Assembly: GCA_963559995.1 (NCBI GenBank)
Contig: CAUWNL010000001.1
Coordinates: 13,108 to 77,107 of the forward strand
Length of the DNA stretch: 64,000 nucleotides
Reading direction: 5' to 3'
DNA from: an uncultured Sarcina sp.
GTDB taxonomy: Bacteria > Bacillota > Clostridia > Clostridiales > Clostridiaceae
The position numbers and the translations under genes are program-made. Below are positions 1 through 8,535 of the stretch, one piece after another. The first letter of the stretch is position 1, and the number at the start of each line of letters is the position of its first letter. The notes beneath the pieces are model-generated. The model was given only the letters and a program-made list of their open reading frames with translations. It had not been told where the DNA came from and did not search any database.

Positions 1-386
1 ACATTTTCTCTAACGCTTTTATTTTCAATATCTAGGATAAGCTTTTTAGACATAAAGTTTAATCTAGAGGATATAACTCCATCTATATCTTGTGATTTTC
101 TCTCTATTTGAGCTGCACAATTTGCGCAGTTTAAATTAGACATATATATTATTACTTGTTCTGTCTCATCTAAAACTTCACATTTAGTTCCTGGTTCTGT
201 TTTTTCTATAAGAGTTAATGTATTTTTTATAACATTTTCTCTAACGCTTTTATTTTCAATATCTAGGATAAGCTTTTTAGACATAAAGTTTAATCTAGAG
301 GATATAACTCCATCTATATCTTGTGATTTTCTCTCTATTTGAGCTGCACAATTTGCACAGTTTAGATTAGACATATAAATTATGAC
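1..386. repeat. Tandem direct duplication with a 231-bp period (copy A 1-155, copy B 232-386) inside the cadA-like CDS
   Basis: Base-by-base comparison shows 1-125 identical to 232-356, then 4 mismatches in the next 30 nt (126, 134, 147, 153). Similarity is lost after about 155. The period of 231 nt is 77 codons, one HMA unit. Copy A may extend left of the window. Confidence 0.95.
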
Positions 387-524
387 TTTATCTCTTCCCT
401 TTTTATTAGAAGGTACTATTTCTTTATGAGCAATGGCAATCTTATTTGTTGGAACTAATTTTATTTTACTTCCTGTATATTTTTTTATGTGCTTTTCTTC
501 TCTTTCTATACTCATCTCTTCCAT
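1..524 (-). CDS. cadA: Heavy-metal (Cd/Zn/Pb-type) P1B-ATPase, N-terminal part only (gene runs off the window start); two tandem HMA metal-binding domains
   Basis: Hand translation of the minus strand from ATG at 524 (RBS AAAGGAGGA = complement of 532-540) gives MEEMSIEREEKHIKKYTGSK...VIIYMSNLNCANCAAQIERKSQDIDGVISSRLNFMSKKLILDIENKSVRENV, with the last unit occurring twice. CANCA is the CadA-type HMA metal site. It is absent from the ORF track because there is no stop codon inside the window. Confidence 0.7.
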   Translation of the reverse strand, partial: MEEMSIEREEKHIKKYTGSKIKLVPTNKIAIAHKEIVPSNKKGRDKVIIYMSNLNCANCAAQIERKSQDIDGVISSRLNFMSKKLILDIENKSVRENVIKNTLTLIEKTEPGTKCEVLDETEQVIIYMSNLNCANCAAQIERKSQDIDGVISSRLNFMSKKLILDIENKSVREN

Positions 525-590
525 AACATTTTCCTCCTTTTTCATATGATTTATAGTAAACTCTTTTCATTATCTAAATATACAATAACA

Positions 591-615
591 TATGAACAAC
601 TATTCATATGTTCAT
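591..615. promoter_or_regulatory. Overlapping inverted repeats upstream of the cadA-like gene; candidate ArsR/SmtB (CadC-type) operator
   Basis: TATGAA(591-596)-N6-TTCATA(603-608) and ATGAACA(592-598)-N10-TGTTCAT(609-615) lie 67-91 nt upstream of the ATG at 524. Confidence 0.3.
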
Positions 616-766
616 GTATTATTATATACATGAACTCGTTGTTTGTCCACAAAGTAGAAAAATTTTTATTTATTTTTAATAAGTATCTGAAATTTTTTTA
701 TTTTTTTAATAAAAATAGTTTTAAATTTTAAAATTAAAAATTATTTAAGACACAAATAAAAAATAA

Positions 767-800
767 AAAGAGCTCTATCACTTTATTTGATATAACTCTT
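767..800 (-). terminator. Intrinsic terminator after the histidine kinase gene
   Basis: Imperfect hairpin AAAGAGCTCTATCA / TGATATAACTCTT, followed on the minus strand by a TTTTTATTTTTT tract. Confidence 0.6.
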
Positions 801-816
801 CTTACATAACCACTAG

Positions 817-1830
817 TTAATAATTTAGATTAAACTTCCCTAGTGGGAATACTATATTTATTTTTGTTCCTTTATCTTCTTTAGATTCTACATTTATTCC
901 AAGCCCAAGTTTTTCACAAAGTTTTTTACACAAATAAAGACCTATACCTGTAGACTTTCCAAACTCTCTTCCATTTTCTCCAGTAAATCCTTTATCAAAC
1001 ACTTTATTTATATCTTTCTCGCTAATTCCAATCCCATTATCTTCTATAGTTAAAACTATATTAGATTTATTTTTATTAGAATATATTTTTATAAAAGCAT
1101 CTTTTTCCCTTGAATATTTTAATGAATTACTTACTATTTGATTTAGTATAAATTCAACCCACTTACTATCACTAAAAACATTATCATCTATATTTTCTAT
1201 ATCTATTTTTACTTTTTTATTTATAAAATCCTTTGAATTCCTCTTTATAACTTTTTTAGTTACATCTTTTAAATTCATGTTTTTCACTATGTAATCCTTA
1301 TTAACATCAGCGCTTTTTGCATAGTATAGAACCTGTTCTATAAAACCTTCTATTCTATATAATTGCGGATTTATCTTTTCCTTTAAGTCTCCTTCATTAT
1401 TTTCTAATATGAGTTTAGCTGAGGCTATGGGAGTTTTTATTTCATGAACCCAAGTTTCTATATACTCTCTATATTCTCTTTGCATAACTCTATACTTTTT
1501 TACATTCTCATTCATTGACTTACTGGTTTTTTGTAAAATTTCATAAAGGACATATCCCTCTATAAAATTAGGTTTCTCTATTATCTCAGATATTAAATAT
1601 TTATCTTTTAAATTGTCTAAAACAACTTTTATTTTATCATAATATATTTTTTTATTTATCCCATCAATTATCATATATGACAAAAGAGGTGCAAACCATA
1701 TAAAGATAAATAGAAATATTAAAGAAACACTAAAACCCGATAAAAACATAAACATAGAAATTGCTAATATAATTAATATATTAATTAATAAAAAATTAAA
1801 TTTTTCTTTAAAATAATCTATTAAACTCAT
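817..1830 (-). CDS. Intramembrane-sensing histidine kinase, BceS-like
   Basis: 337 aa. Two N-terminal TM helices with almost no external loop, H-box HEIKTPIASAKL, and HATPase motifs DNGIGI and GTGIGLYLCKKL. Overlaps the upstream response regulator gene by 4 nt. Confidence 0.8.
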   Translation of the reverse strand: MSLIDYFKEKFNFLLINILIILAISMFMFLSGFSVSLIFLFIFIWFAPLLSYMIIDGINKKIYYDKIKVVLDNLKDKYLISEIIEKPNFIEGYVLYEILQKTSKSMNENVKKYRVMQREYREYIETWVHEIKTPIASAKLILENNEGDLKEKINPQLYRIEGFIEQVLYYAKSADVNKDYIVKNMNLKDVTKKVIKRNSKDFINKKVKIDIENIDDNVFSDSKWVEFILNQIVSNSLKYSREKDAFIKIYSNKNKSNIVLTIEDNGIGISEKDINKVFDKGFTGENGREFGKSTGIGLYLCKKLCEKLGLGINVESKEDKGTKINIVFPLGKFNLNY

Positions 1831-2495
1831 GGCATTATATACCCCAATCCTCTTCTAGTCTCTATTGGATCCTTAAATCCAATACTCTCTATTTTTTTTC
1901 TAAGTCTAGCTATATTCACAGATAATGTATTATCATCAACAAAAAAATCTGAGTTCCAAAGATAATCCATAAGATTTTCTCTAGAAATTATTTTCCCCTT
2001 ATTTTTTATAAGATAAGATAAAATTTTTATTTCATTTTTAGTTAGGTCTAAAATACTATCTTTATAATTTATAGTCCCATTTGATAGGTTTAGCGTTAAG
2101 TCTTTATATACTATTATTTCTTGCACTTCCTTTAAATAAACTCTCTTTAAAATTGAATTTATTCTAGCTAAAAGAATTTGAGTATTATATGGCTTTGTTA
2201 TAAAATCATCAGCTCCTAAATTCATGCTCATAAGCTCATCTATATCGCTATCTCTACTTGTTACAACTATTATTGGGACATTAGACTCTTTTCTTATTTC
2301 TCTGCATATATAGAATCCATCAAAAACAGGTAAATTTATATCTAAAAGAATTAAATCTGCGTTAGCTATGAGTATTTCTTCTAATACATTTTTAAAATCT
2401 TTTATAACCAAAGCATTATAATTATATCTTTGCAGAAAAGTTTTAAGTTCATCTCTTATAGTCTCATCATCTTCAACTATTAATATATTTTTCAT
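1827..2495 (-). CDS. OmpR/PhoB-family response regulator, BceR-like
   Basis: 222 aa. Receiver domain (ILIVEDDE...DLILLDINLP...TSRD) plus a C-terminal winged helix (RRGLGYIM). Confidence 0.85.
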   Translation of the reverse strand: MKNILIVEDDETIRDELKTFLQRYNYNALVIKDFKNVLEEILIANADLILLDINLPVFDGFYICREIRKESNVPIIVVTSRDSDIDELMSMNLGADDFITKPYNTQILLARINSILKRVYLKEVQEIIVYKDLTLNLSNGTINYKDSILDLTKNEIKILSYLIKNKGKIISRENLMDYLWNSDFFVDDNTLSVNIARLRKKIESIGFKDPIETRRGLGYIMP

Positions 2496-2618
2496 AATTT
2501 ATCCCTCCTTTTTAATTTTCTTCTATATTAATAATATATATTATATTTAATATAAAGGCTATGTCTTAACTAAATTTTAGTTAATCTCCTATTTATCTAA
2601 ATAATACCTTATTAAAAT

Positions 2619-2663
2619 AAAAGATTGTATTAAAATATTAAGTTTATTTTAATACAATCTTTT
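2619..2663 (-). terminator. Intrinsic terminator after the BceB-like permease gene
   Basis: Perfect 18-bp stem AAAAGATTGTATTAAAAT / ATTTTAATACAATCTTTT, 5 nt downstream of the stop at 2669. Confidence 0.7.
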
Positions 2664-2668
2664 TTTTA

Positions 2669-4702
2669 TTATTTACTGTTTTTAATTATTCTTTTATACC
2701 CTGTATAAGTGGCATAAAAATATCCAGTATATATTAGTATAATAAATGCTAAAGTTATTAATGCTGAACTTATTATATTAGTATTTCCAAATACAGATAT
2801 AAAATCATTTGTTACATATATTCCAACTATTGAATGAACTATTGCTAAAGATAATGGTGCAATAAAATATATTAAAGTTTGAATAAATATTGATTTATTT
2901 ATCATTTTATCTGTAGCGCCTATTTTTCTAAGAGCTTTATACCTTTCTATGCTATCACTTGCTTCTGATAATTGTTGAAGTGCCAAAACTGCTGCACTTG
3001 CTATTAAAAATACAATTCCTAAATATATAGATAGATATATAACTATAGCCGATAATCCTAAACTTTGCTCATAAAGCTGATTCCTAGTAGCTGTACTAAT
3101 ACCATAATAATTATTTTCTCTATTTTCTAATTTATTGAATATATTTTCAATATTAGTTTCTTGTGTTTTCTTCTCTGCATTATTTCCTGTATAGTTTATA
3201 TTTATATATCCTGTATATGGAACTAAATTCTCAACAATTTTATCTGGAACAACTAAAGTTATTGTATTAATCGCAATTCCTGACGAATATAAAGGCTCCT
3301 CAATAGCTTTATCATTTTGAACTTTATATTCTGTTCTATATATATTTACCTTACCATTATTTTTTATAAATTCATTAATAGGTTCTTGGAACTTTTGGAC
3401 ATCAGATAAAATTAATATTTCGTTATTACCTAAGTCTATTGGCTTTTGTCCTCTTAACTCTCTCATTTTGTTATACTGAGAAATGCTTACTGCCATAGTA
3501 CTATCATTATAATTGTTATCTATTAATTTTTTCATTGTACCTGATGTATAGTCCAGTAATATATTCCTTGTACTTACACCTTCAAGATTATACTGTGCCA
3601 TATAAGACTTATTAGTATACTTAGATAATTGATTATTTATATCTTGGTTTATTTTATCTACTTGGGATACACTATCATCAGAATAATAAATTTGAACTGA
3701 AGCATCAAAAGGTGTAGTTCTCTTTACTCCCTGTTCCATAGTGTTTTTAAAACCAAGACCACTAGATAACATAACAGTTGTTACAAACAACATAAGGCAT
3801 ATTAAAGACATTGATAAGAAATTTGTATTAAACTTACTACTTATTTGTCTAACTATAAAAATATTTAAATTCTTTAAATATATATTCTTATTTCTTTGAA
3901 CTACATATAAAACAATTCCTGATAATCCAAAGAAAAATAAAAATGTTCCTAAGACGCCTAAAATTATAGACAAATTAAAATATATAGACATTACATCTAA
4001 GTTAGATTTATTAACAAATACATAGGCTATTATTATAAAAATTACTGCTAAGGAAAATATAATACTTGAAATTATAGGATTTTTCATTTTTATCTTTTCA
4101 CTCTTTTTAGATGCATTTAATAAATCTATAAGTTTGTATTTTGATATTATAACTGTGTTAAATATCATAACAAGTAAAAATATTATTCCAAAATATAATA
4201 TTGTTTTTAAAACTGCGCTTATTGAAAAAGTAAATTGATAATTTGTCATTGTTCCCATAAAAAGCTTAGCTGTTAAAACAGATAAACCTTGTGATAAAAT
4301 AATTCCTAGAATTAGCCCTACTCCTAAAGAAATTACTCCTATTAAAACTGTTTCAATTAAAAGTATGTTAGATATTTTTCTCTTTGGCATTCCAAGAGTT
4401 GTATAAATACCAATTTCTTTTTTACGCTTTTTTATTAAAAAATTATTTGCATATATTATTAAAGCACCAAGTATAAAAGATACAAAAATAGATGCAATAG
4501 ATATGACACTAGCAAAAAGTTTCATATATTCTCTTTGACTTGTACTAAGGTCTAACATAGCTTTTTGGGATTCTATAGAGTTAAAACTATAAAATATACA
4601 AACAGCAAAGGTTAATGTTAAAAAATATATAGTATAATCTTTAAAACTTTTCTTTACACTATTTAAAGCAATTTTAGAATACACTGTTAGAGTCACCTCC
4701 AA
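2669..4702 (-). CDS. BceB-type FtsX-domain ABC permease (10 TM, large extracellular domain)
   Basis: 677 aa. The layout is 4 TM + 3 TM, then a roughly 200-aa hydrophilic loop, then 3 TM. It is adjacent to a BceA-like ATPase and a BceRS-like two-component system. Confidence 0.8.
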   Translation of the reverse strand: MEVTLTVYSKIALNSVKKSFKDYTIYFLTLTFAVCIFYSFNSIESQKAMLDLSTSQREYMKLFASVISIASIFVSFILGALIIYANNFLIKKRKKEIGIYTTLGMPKRKISNILLIETVLIGVISLGVGLILGIILSQGLSVLTAKLFMGTMTNYQFTFSISAVLKTILYFGIIFLLVMIFNTVIISKYKLIDLLNASKKSEKIKMKNPIISSIIFSLAVIFIIIAYVFVNKSNLDVMSIYFNLSIILGVLGTFLFFFGLSGIVLYVVQRNKNIYLKNLNIFIVRQISSKFNTNFLSMSLICLMLFVTTVMLSSGLGFKNTMEQGVKRTTPFDASVQIYYSDDSVSQVDKINQDINNQLSKYTNKSYMAQYNLEGVSTRNILLDYTSGTMKKLIDNNYNDSTMAVSISQYNKMRELRGQKPIDLGNNEILILSDVQKFQEPINEFIKNNGKVNIYRTEYKVQNDKAIEEPLYSSGIAINTITLVVPDKIVENLVPYTGYININYTGNNAEKKTQETNIENIFNKLENRENNYYGISTATRNQLYEQSLGLSAIVIYLSIYLGIVFLIASAAVLALQQLSEASDSIERYKALRKIGATDKMINKSIFIQTLIYFIAPLSLAIVHSIVGIYVTNDFISVFGNTNIISSALITLAFIILIYTGYFYATYTGYKRIIKNSK

Positions 4703-5455
4703 GAAGTGTTATAACTTCTATTATTCTATTAAAAAATTCTTTTCTTGAATCTCCTCCACGAATAAGTTCATTAAATATCTTTCCATCTTTTATAAATAAA
4801 ATTCTGTGAGCATAACTTGCTGTAAAAGCATCGTGAGTTACCATAAGTATTGTTGCTTTTAATCCCCCATTTAATTTTTCAAAAGAATCTAATAAAAGTC
4901 TTGATGATTTTGAATCTAATGCCCCTGTTGGCTCATCTGCTAATATTAATGATGGATTTGTAACTATAGCCCTTGCCGATGCTACCCTTTGCTTTTGTCC
5001 TCCTGACATTTCATAAGGATATTTATCTAAAATAGAGGATATACCCAAATTTTCTGTAATGCTCTTTATTAAAGAATCTATTTCTTTTGTTTTTTTCCTT
5101 GAATAGTTAAAGCTAAAGCTATATTTTCATAAGCAGTTAAGGTGTCTAAAAGATTAAAGTCTTGAAATATAAAGCCTAATTCATTTCTTCTAAAGTTCTC
5201 TAGCTTTTTTGACTTTAACTTTGTTATGTCTTGACCATTTATAATTATATTTCCTGTTGTTACTCTATCTATTGTTGAAATACAATTTAAAAGTGTTGTT
5301 TTACCACTACCTGATGGTCCCATAATACCAACAAACTCACCCTTATCTATAGTAAAACTTATATTATCTATTGCCTTTGTTATATTTGATTTTGTTCCAT
5401 AATACTTTTCTATACTATTAACATTTAATATATTTTCCACTAATATTCCCTCCAA
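4674..5455 (-). pseudogene. BceA-like ABC ATPase split by a -1 frameshift in a homopolymer
   Basis: ORF 5078-5455 carries Walker A (GPSGSGKTT) and stops at ...TIQGKKQKK*. ORF 4674-5048 carries the signature and Walker B motifs (MSGGQKQRV, ILADEPT). Reading ...GGAAAAAAACAAAAGAAATAGATTC, one extra A would give GKKTKEIDSLIKSITENLGISSILDKYPYEMSGGQ in one frame. The run is T7 at 5090-5096 on the plus strand. Confidence 0.75.
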
Positions 5456-5521
5456 GCTTTTTTATACGATTATTATAATCCCCATAATCTTAATTTCATA
5501 TTTTATTACCTTTCATTTACC

Positions 5522-5535
5522 TTACATTTTTGTAA
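5522..5535. promoter_or_regulatory. Candidate BceR-type response-regulator box upstream of the ABC transporter genes
   Basis: TTACA-TTTT-TGTAA is a perfect inverted repeat 67-80 nt upstream of the ATPase ATG (5455). As I recall it, this matches the TNACA-N4-TGTAA site reported for BceR-like regulators. Confidence 0.45.
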
Positions 5536-5541
5536 TATAAA

Positions 5542-5577
5542 AAAGGACTATTATGAAATATTTCATAATAGTCCTTT
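5542..5577 (-). terminator. Intrinsic terminator after the arsR/cadC-like gene
   Basis: Perfect 17-bp palindromic stem AAAGGACTATTATGAAA / TTTCATAATAGTCCTTT, 5 nt after the stop at 5582. It is flanked by A and T runs. Confidence 0.8.
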
Positions 5578-5581
5578 AACT

Positions 5582-5956
5582 TTATTCATTTATATGCATT
5601 ATTCCTTGATCTACTATAGACTTTATATGCCCATCATCTAAAGAATAGTAAACAACCTTTCCTTCTCTCCTAAACTTAACTATATGACTCTTTTTTAATA
5701 ATCTTAACTGATGAGAAACTGCTGATTGAGTCATATTTAAAAGTGCTGATATATCACATACACAAAGCTCTTCCTCAAAAAGAGCAGATAATATTTTTAA
5801 TCTTGTAGGATCTCCAAATACCTTAAAAAAATCTGCTAATCTATATAATTTATCTTCCTCTGGCATTATATTTCTAACTTTTTCAACTGTATCTTTGTGT
5901 ATAATAGTACAGTTACATGTTTCTATATTTTTACTCATATAATCATTCCCTTTCAA
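5582..5956 (-). CDS. cadC: ArsR/SmtB-family metalloregulator, CadC-like
   Basis: 124 aa. Winged-helix HTH (QSAVSHQLRLLK), ELCVCDIS (the CVC alpha-3 metal site) and N-terminal cysteines ETCNCT, which is the CadC type-1 site pattern. Confidence 0.75.
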   Translation of the reverse strand: MKGNDYMSKNIETCNCTIIHKDTVEKVRNIMPEEDKLYRLADFFKVFGDPTRLKILSALFEEELCVCDISALLNMTQSAVSHQLRLLKKSHIVKFRREGKVVYYSLDDGHIKSIVDQGIMHINE

Positions 5957-6279
5957 AGCTTATACTTTTTATTTTATCCTTTAAAGTAATTTTGTACAAT
6001 ATAGAACTATTTAACTATCTTCTATCAAAATTTAAAATCTTCTAAATGCATCTTAATATTTTATATTTCTTTTAACCTCTATATATGATTTTAAAGCCTT
6101 ATAACAAAGTAATAATAAAACTAAAATTTTAGCCTCTTTTATTGTTACGTATAAATAATTTATTTTTTTTATATTAATACGTATTTTTTAATTTAACATC
6201 CTATTATTTAATTATATTTTCTCTTAAAATTAATATCTATTAACTTTTTATACATAATTTTATTGATTTTTTTTGAACT

Positions 6280-6324
6280 AATACGAAAATTGCTATTGAA
6301 ATCTATAAAAAATAATTATAGAAT
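6280..6324 (+). promoter_or_regulatory. Sigma-A-type promoter of PnuC-like gene 1 with a conserved upstream block
   Basis: TTGAAA(6296-6301)-17 nt-TAGAAT(6319-6324). The block AATACGAAAATTGCTATTGAAAT (6280-6302) recurs at 7542-7564 with one mismatch. Confidence 0.5.
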
Positions 6325-6378
6325 ATCCTTGTTAAATAACTTCTAAAATATAAATCATACAAAGGATGGAATTATTAA

Positions 6379-7170
6379 ATGAAATTTTACAAAAATTTTA
6401 CTGCCTTCCAAAAAGGTTTCTTTTTAGTTTTCCTTATTGCAAGCCTAATAGCTTTCTTTATGCCAGCATTTTTACCTAATGGAAGTTTATCAGGTGTTTT
6501 GACTACTTTAGGTGTAATAGGTCTTATTTCTACATTGTCTGGAGTATTAGTATCACTTTATACCGCTAAAGCTAGTATATCAGGATACATATGGTGGTGG
6601 ATAAATACTATAAGTTTTGGTGTAATATGTTTAGTTGATAGCCTTTATGGACAATTTATACAAAATATATTCATACTACTTCCACTTCAAATCTATGGTT
6701 TCATAGCTTGGAAGAAAAATATGAACAAAAATAATTCAGATGAAATTGCAATTAAAAAATTCTCAAAAAAGAAATGGATTGTTGCTTTATTATTAGTATT
6801 CATCTGTTGGCTATTATATGGCTATTTTTTATTAGAATTACCAACCATAATGAAAACTTTATTTGATATAAAAATATCTGGAGATCCTGACATAATTCTT
6901 GATTCATTTACCTCAGTATTAACAATTACAGCCGTTTTCTTAACAGGAAAAAGATTTATAGAACAATGGAATTTTTGGCTTGTATCTAATTCTCTTGGTA
7001 TTATAATGTTTATAATAGAAACTGTTAGTGCCGGTATAGCTAACCCTTCTGTATTTGTAGCAGATTTATCTAATACTATATCTTTACTTCAATACATGGT
7101 TGGTGCTATATATGGTTTCTACTTGTGGAAAAAACTATACAAAGAAAGAGCTGGGAAATACGTGGGTTAA
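6379..7170 (+). CDS. PnuC-family (nicotinamide riboside/vitamin-type) transporter, paralog 1
   Basis: 263 aa polytopic protein. Pnu-like motifs SGYIWWWINT...LYGQFIQNIF...IYGFIAWKK and an internal repeat GKRFIEQWNFWLVSN. Confidence 0.7.
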   Translation: MKFYKNFTAFQKGFFLVFLIASLIAFFMPAFLPNGSLSGVLTTLGVIGLISTLSGVLVSLYTAKASISGYIWWWINTISFGVICLVDSLYGQFIQNIFILLPLQIYGFIAWKKNMNKNNSDEIAIKKFSKKKWIVALLLVFICWLLYGYFLLELPTIMKTLFDIKISGDPDIILDSFTSVLTITAVFLTGKRFIEQWNFWLVSNSLGIIMFIIETVSAGIANPSVFVADLSNTISLLQYMVGAIYGFYLWKKLYKERAGKYVG

Positions 7171-7199
7171 TAATATAATTATATACATATTCTAAAAAG

Positions 7200-7243
7200 A
7201 AAGTACAAAATATTCTATATTAATATTTTGTACTTTTATTTTT
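7200..7243 (+). terminator. Intrinsic terminator after PnuC-like gene 1
   Basis: Perfect 15-bp stem AAAGTACAAAATATT / AATATTTTGTACTTT followed by TTATTTTT. Confidence 0.8.
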
Positions 7244-7541
7244 CAAATTAAATATAATGACAAACAATATATATTCTTTTTATATTTTTATTCACATATT
7301 TTATACTATAATCCTCTTTCCATGTATAAAACTAAACTTTTATGCATATTTAAAATATAAACTGTATATTTATTAAATAATTATATTTATAACGTATTAT
7401 TTAATAAACATATATTATTAATTATCGTAGTTTGTAATTTATCTTTATTTGATTACATTTAATCTCTTTTTTTACATTTTTATTTATATAAATATGTTAT
7501 TTCACCAGTTCAACTTAAAGATATATTATTTTTTTAAATAA

Positions 7542-7586
7542 AATACGAAAATTACTATTGAAATTCTCTTATAATTATCGTAAAAT
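7542..7586 (+). promoter_or_regulatory. Sigma-A-type promoter of PnuC-like gene 2 with the same conserved upstream block
   Basis: AATACGAAAATTACTATTGAAAT; TTGAAA(7558-7563)-17 nt-TAAAAT(7581-7586). Confidence 0.5.
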
Positions 7587-7641
7587 ACTTTATATGAAAT
7601 GATTCCGAAATTATATTTTTGTACAAAGGATGGACTGCCGA

Positions 7642-8466
7642 ATGAAATTTTATAAAAATTTTACTAACTTCCAAAAAGGATTTTTCCTGTTTTTTATCGT
7701 AGCTAGTTTAATAGTTTTCTTTATTCCAGCATTTTTACCTGGAGGAAATTTATCTTCTGTTTTAAGTGTATTAGGAATAATAGGTATTGTTTGCACAATT
7801 TCAGGTGTATTAGTTTCTATATACACAGCTAAAGCTAGTATTTCTGGGTATGCATGGTGGTGGACAAATACTATAACATTTGCAATAATCGGTATTGCAG
7901 GAGGACTTTACGGTCAATTTATAGAAAATTTATTTATTCTTTTGCCTCTTCAAATCTATGGTTTTATAGCATGGAAAATGAACATGAAAAAAAATAAATC
8001 TAATGAAATTGAAGTTAAACAATTTACATTAAAACAATGGGTGTTAGCGCTAATATTACTAGCAGTCTTTTGGGTTGTTTATGGATACTTCCTACGAGAG
8101 TTGCCATTTATATTTAAATCATTATTTGGTATAACAATATCAGCTGACCCTCAAATAGTTCTTGATTCATTTACAGCTGTAACAACGATCGCTGCTGTTT
8201 ATTTAACAGGAAAAAGATTCGTACAACAATGGAATATTTGGATTGCATGTAATGGTGTTGCAATTGTAATGTTTTTAATTCAAGCAGTAGGTGCTGGGGT
8301 TAGTAACCCTTCAATATTGGTTGCATACCTATCAGATACTTTATCCTATGTTCAATACCTAGTTGGTACTATATACGGATACATATTATGGAAGAAAATG
8401 TATAAAAAACAAAGAGAAAGCAAAGCATTACTTGGCGATAGTCTTAAAAGCACTGAATGTGCCTAA
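7642..8466 (+). CDS. PnuC-family transporter, paralog 2
   Basis: The ORF track starts at 7630, but that ATG sits inside the RBS AAAGGATGGA. The ATG at 7642 gives MKFYKNFT..., the same N-terminus as paralog 1. Colinear similarity to 6379-7170 holds throughout. Confidence 0.7.
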   Translation: MKFYKNFTNFQKGFFLFFIVASLIVFFIPAFLPGGNLSSVLSVLGIIGIVCTISGVLVSIYTAKASISGYAWWWTNTITFAIIGIAGGLYGQFIENLFILLPLQIYGFIAWKMNMKKNKSNEIEVKQFTLKQWVLALILLAVFWVVYGYFLRELPFIFKSLFGITISADPQIVLDSFTAVTTIAAVYLTGKRFVQQWNIWIACNGVAIVMFLIQAVGAGVSNPSILVAYLSDTLSYVQYLVGTIYGYILWKKMYKKQRESKALLGDSLKSTECA

Positions 8467-8487
8467 CGTATAAATAATTAAATATAC

Positions 8488-8519
8488 AAAAGGAGTATTA
8501 AATCTAATACTCCTTTTTT
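8488..8519. terminator. Bidirectional terminator between PnuC-like gene 2 and kdpD
   Basis: 13-bp stem AAAAGGAGTATTA / TAATACTCCTTTT, loop AATC, with T and A runs on both sides. Confidence 0.8.
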
Positions 8520-8535
8520 ATGTTATAAATAATTT

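Noticed and set aside
489-731. 80-aa plus-strand ORF from the track
   Set aside because: It is a low-complexity Phe/Leu/Ile/Lys-rich translation of AT-rich promoter DNA. It overlaps the cadA-like start and its upstream palindromes, and has no RBS.
5957-7641. Riboswitch (TPP, FMN or NAD-type) in front of the PnuC-like genes
   Set aside because: No conserved riboswitch core was visible. The only conserved element between the two leaders is the 23-nt promoter block and the RBS.
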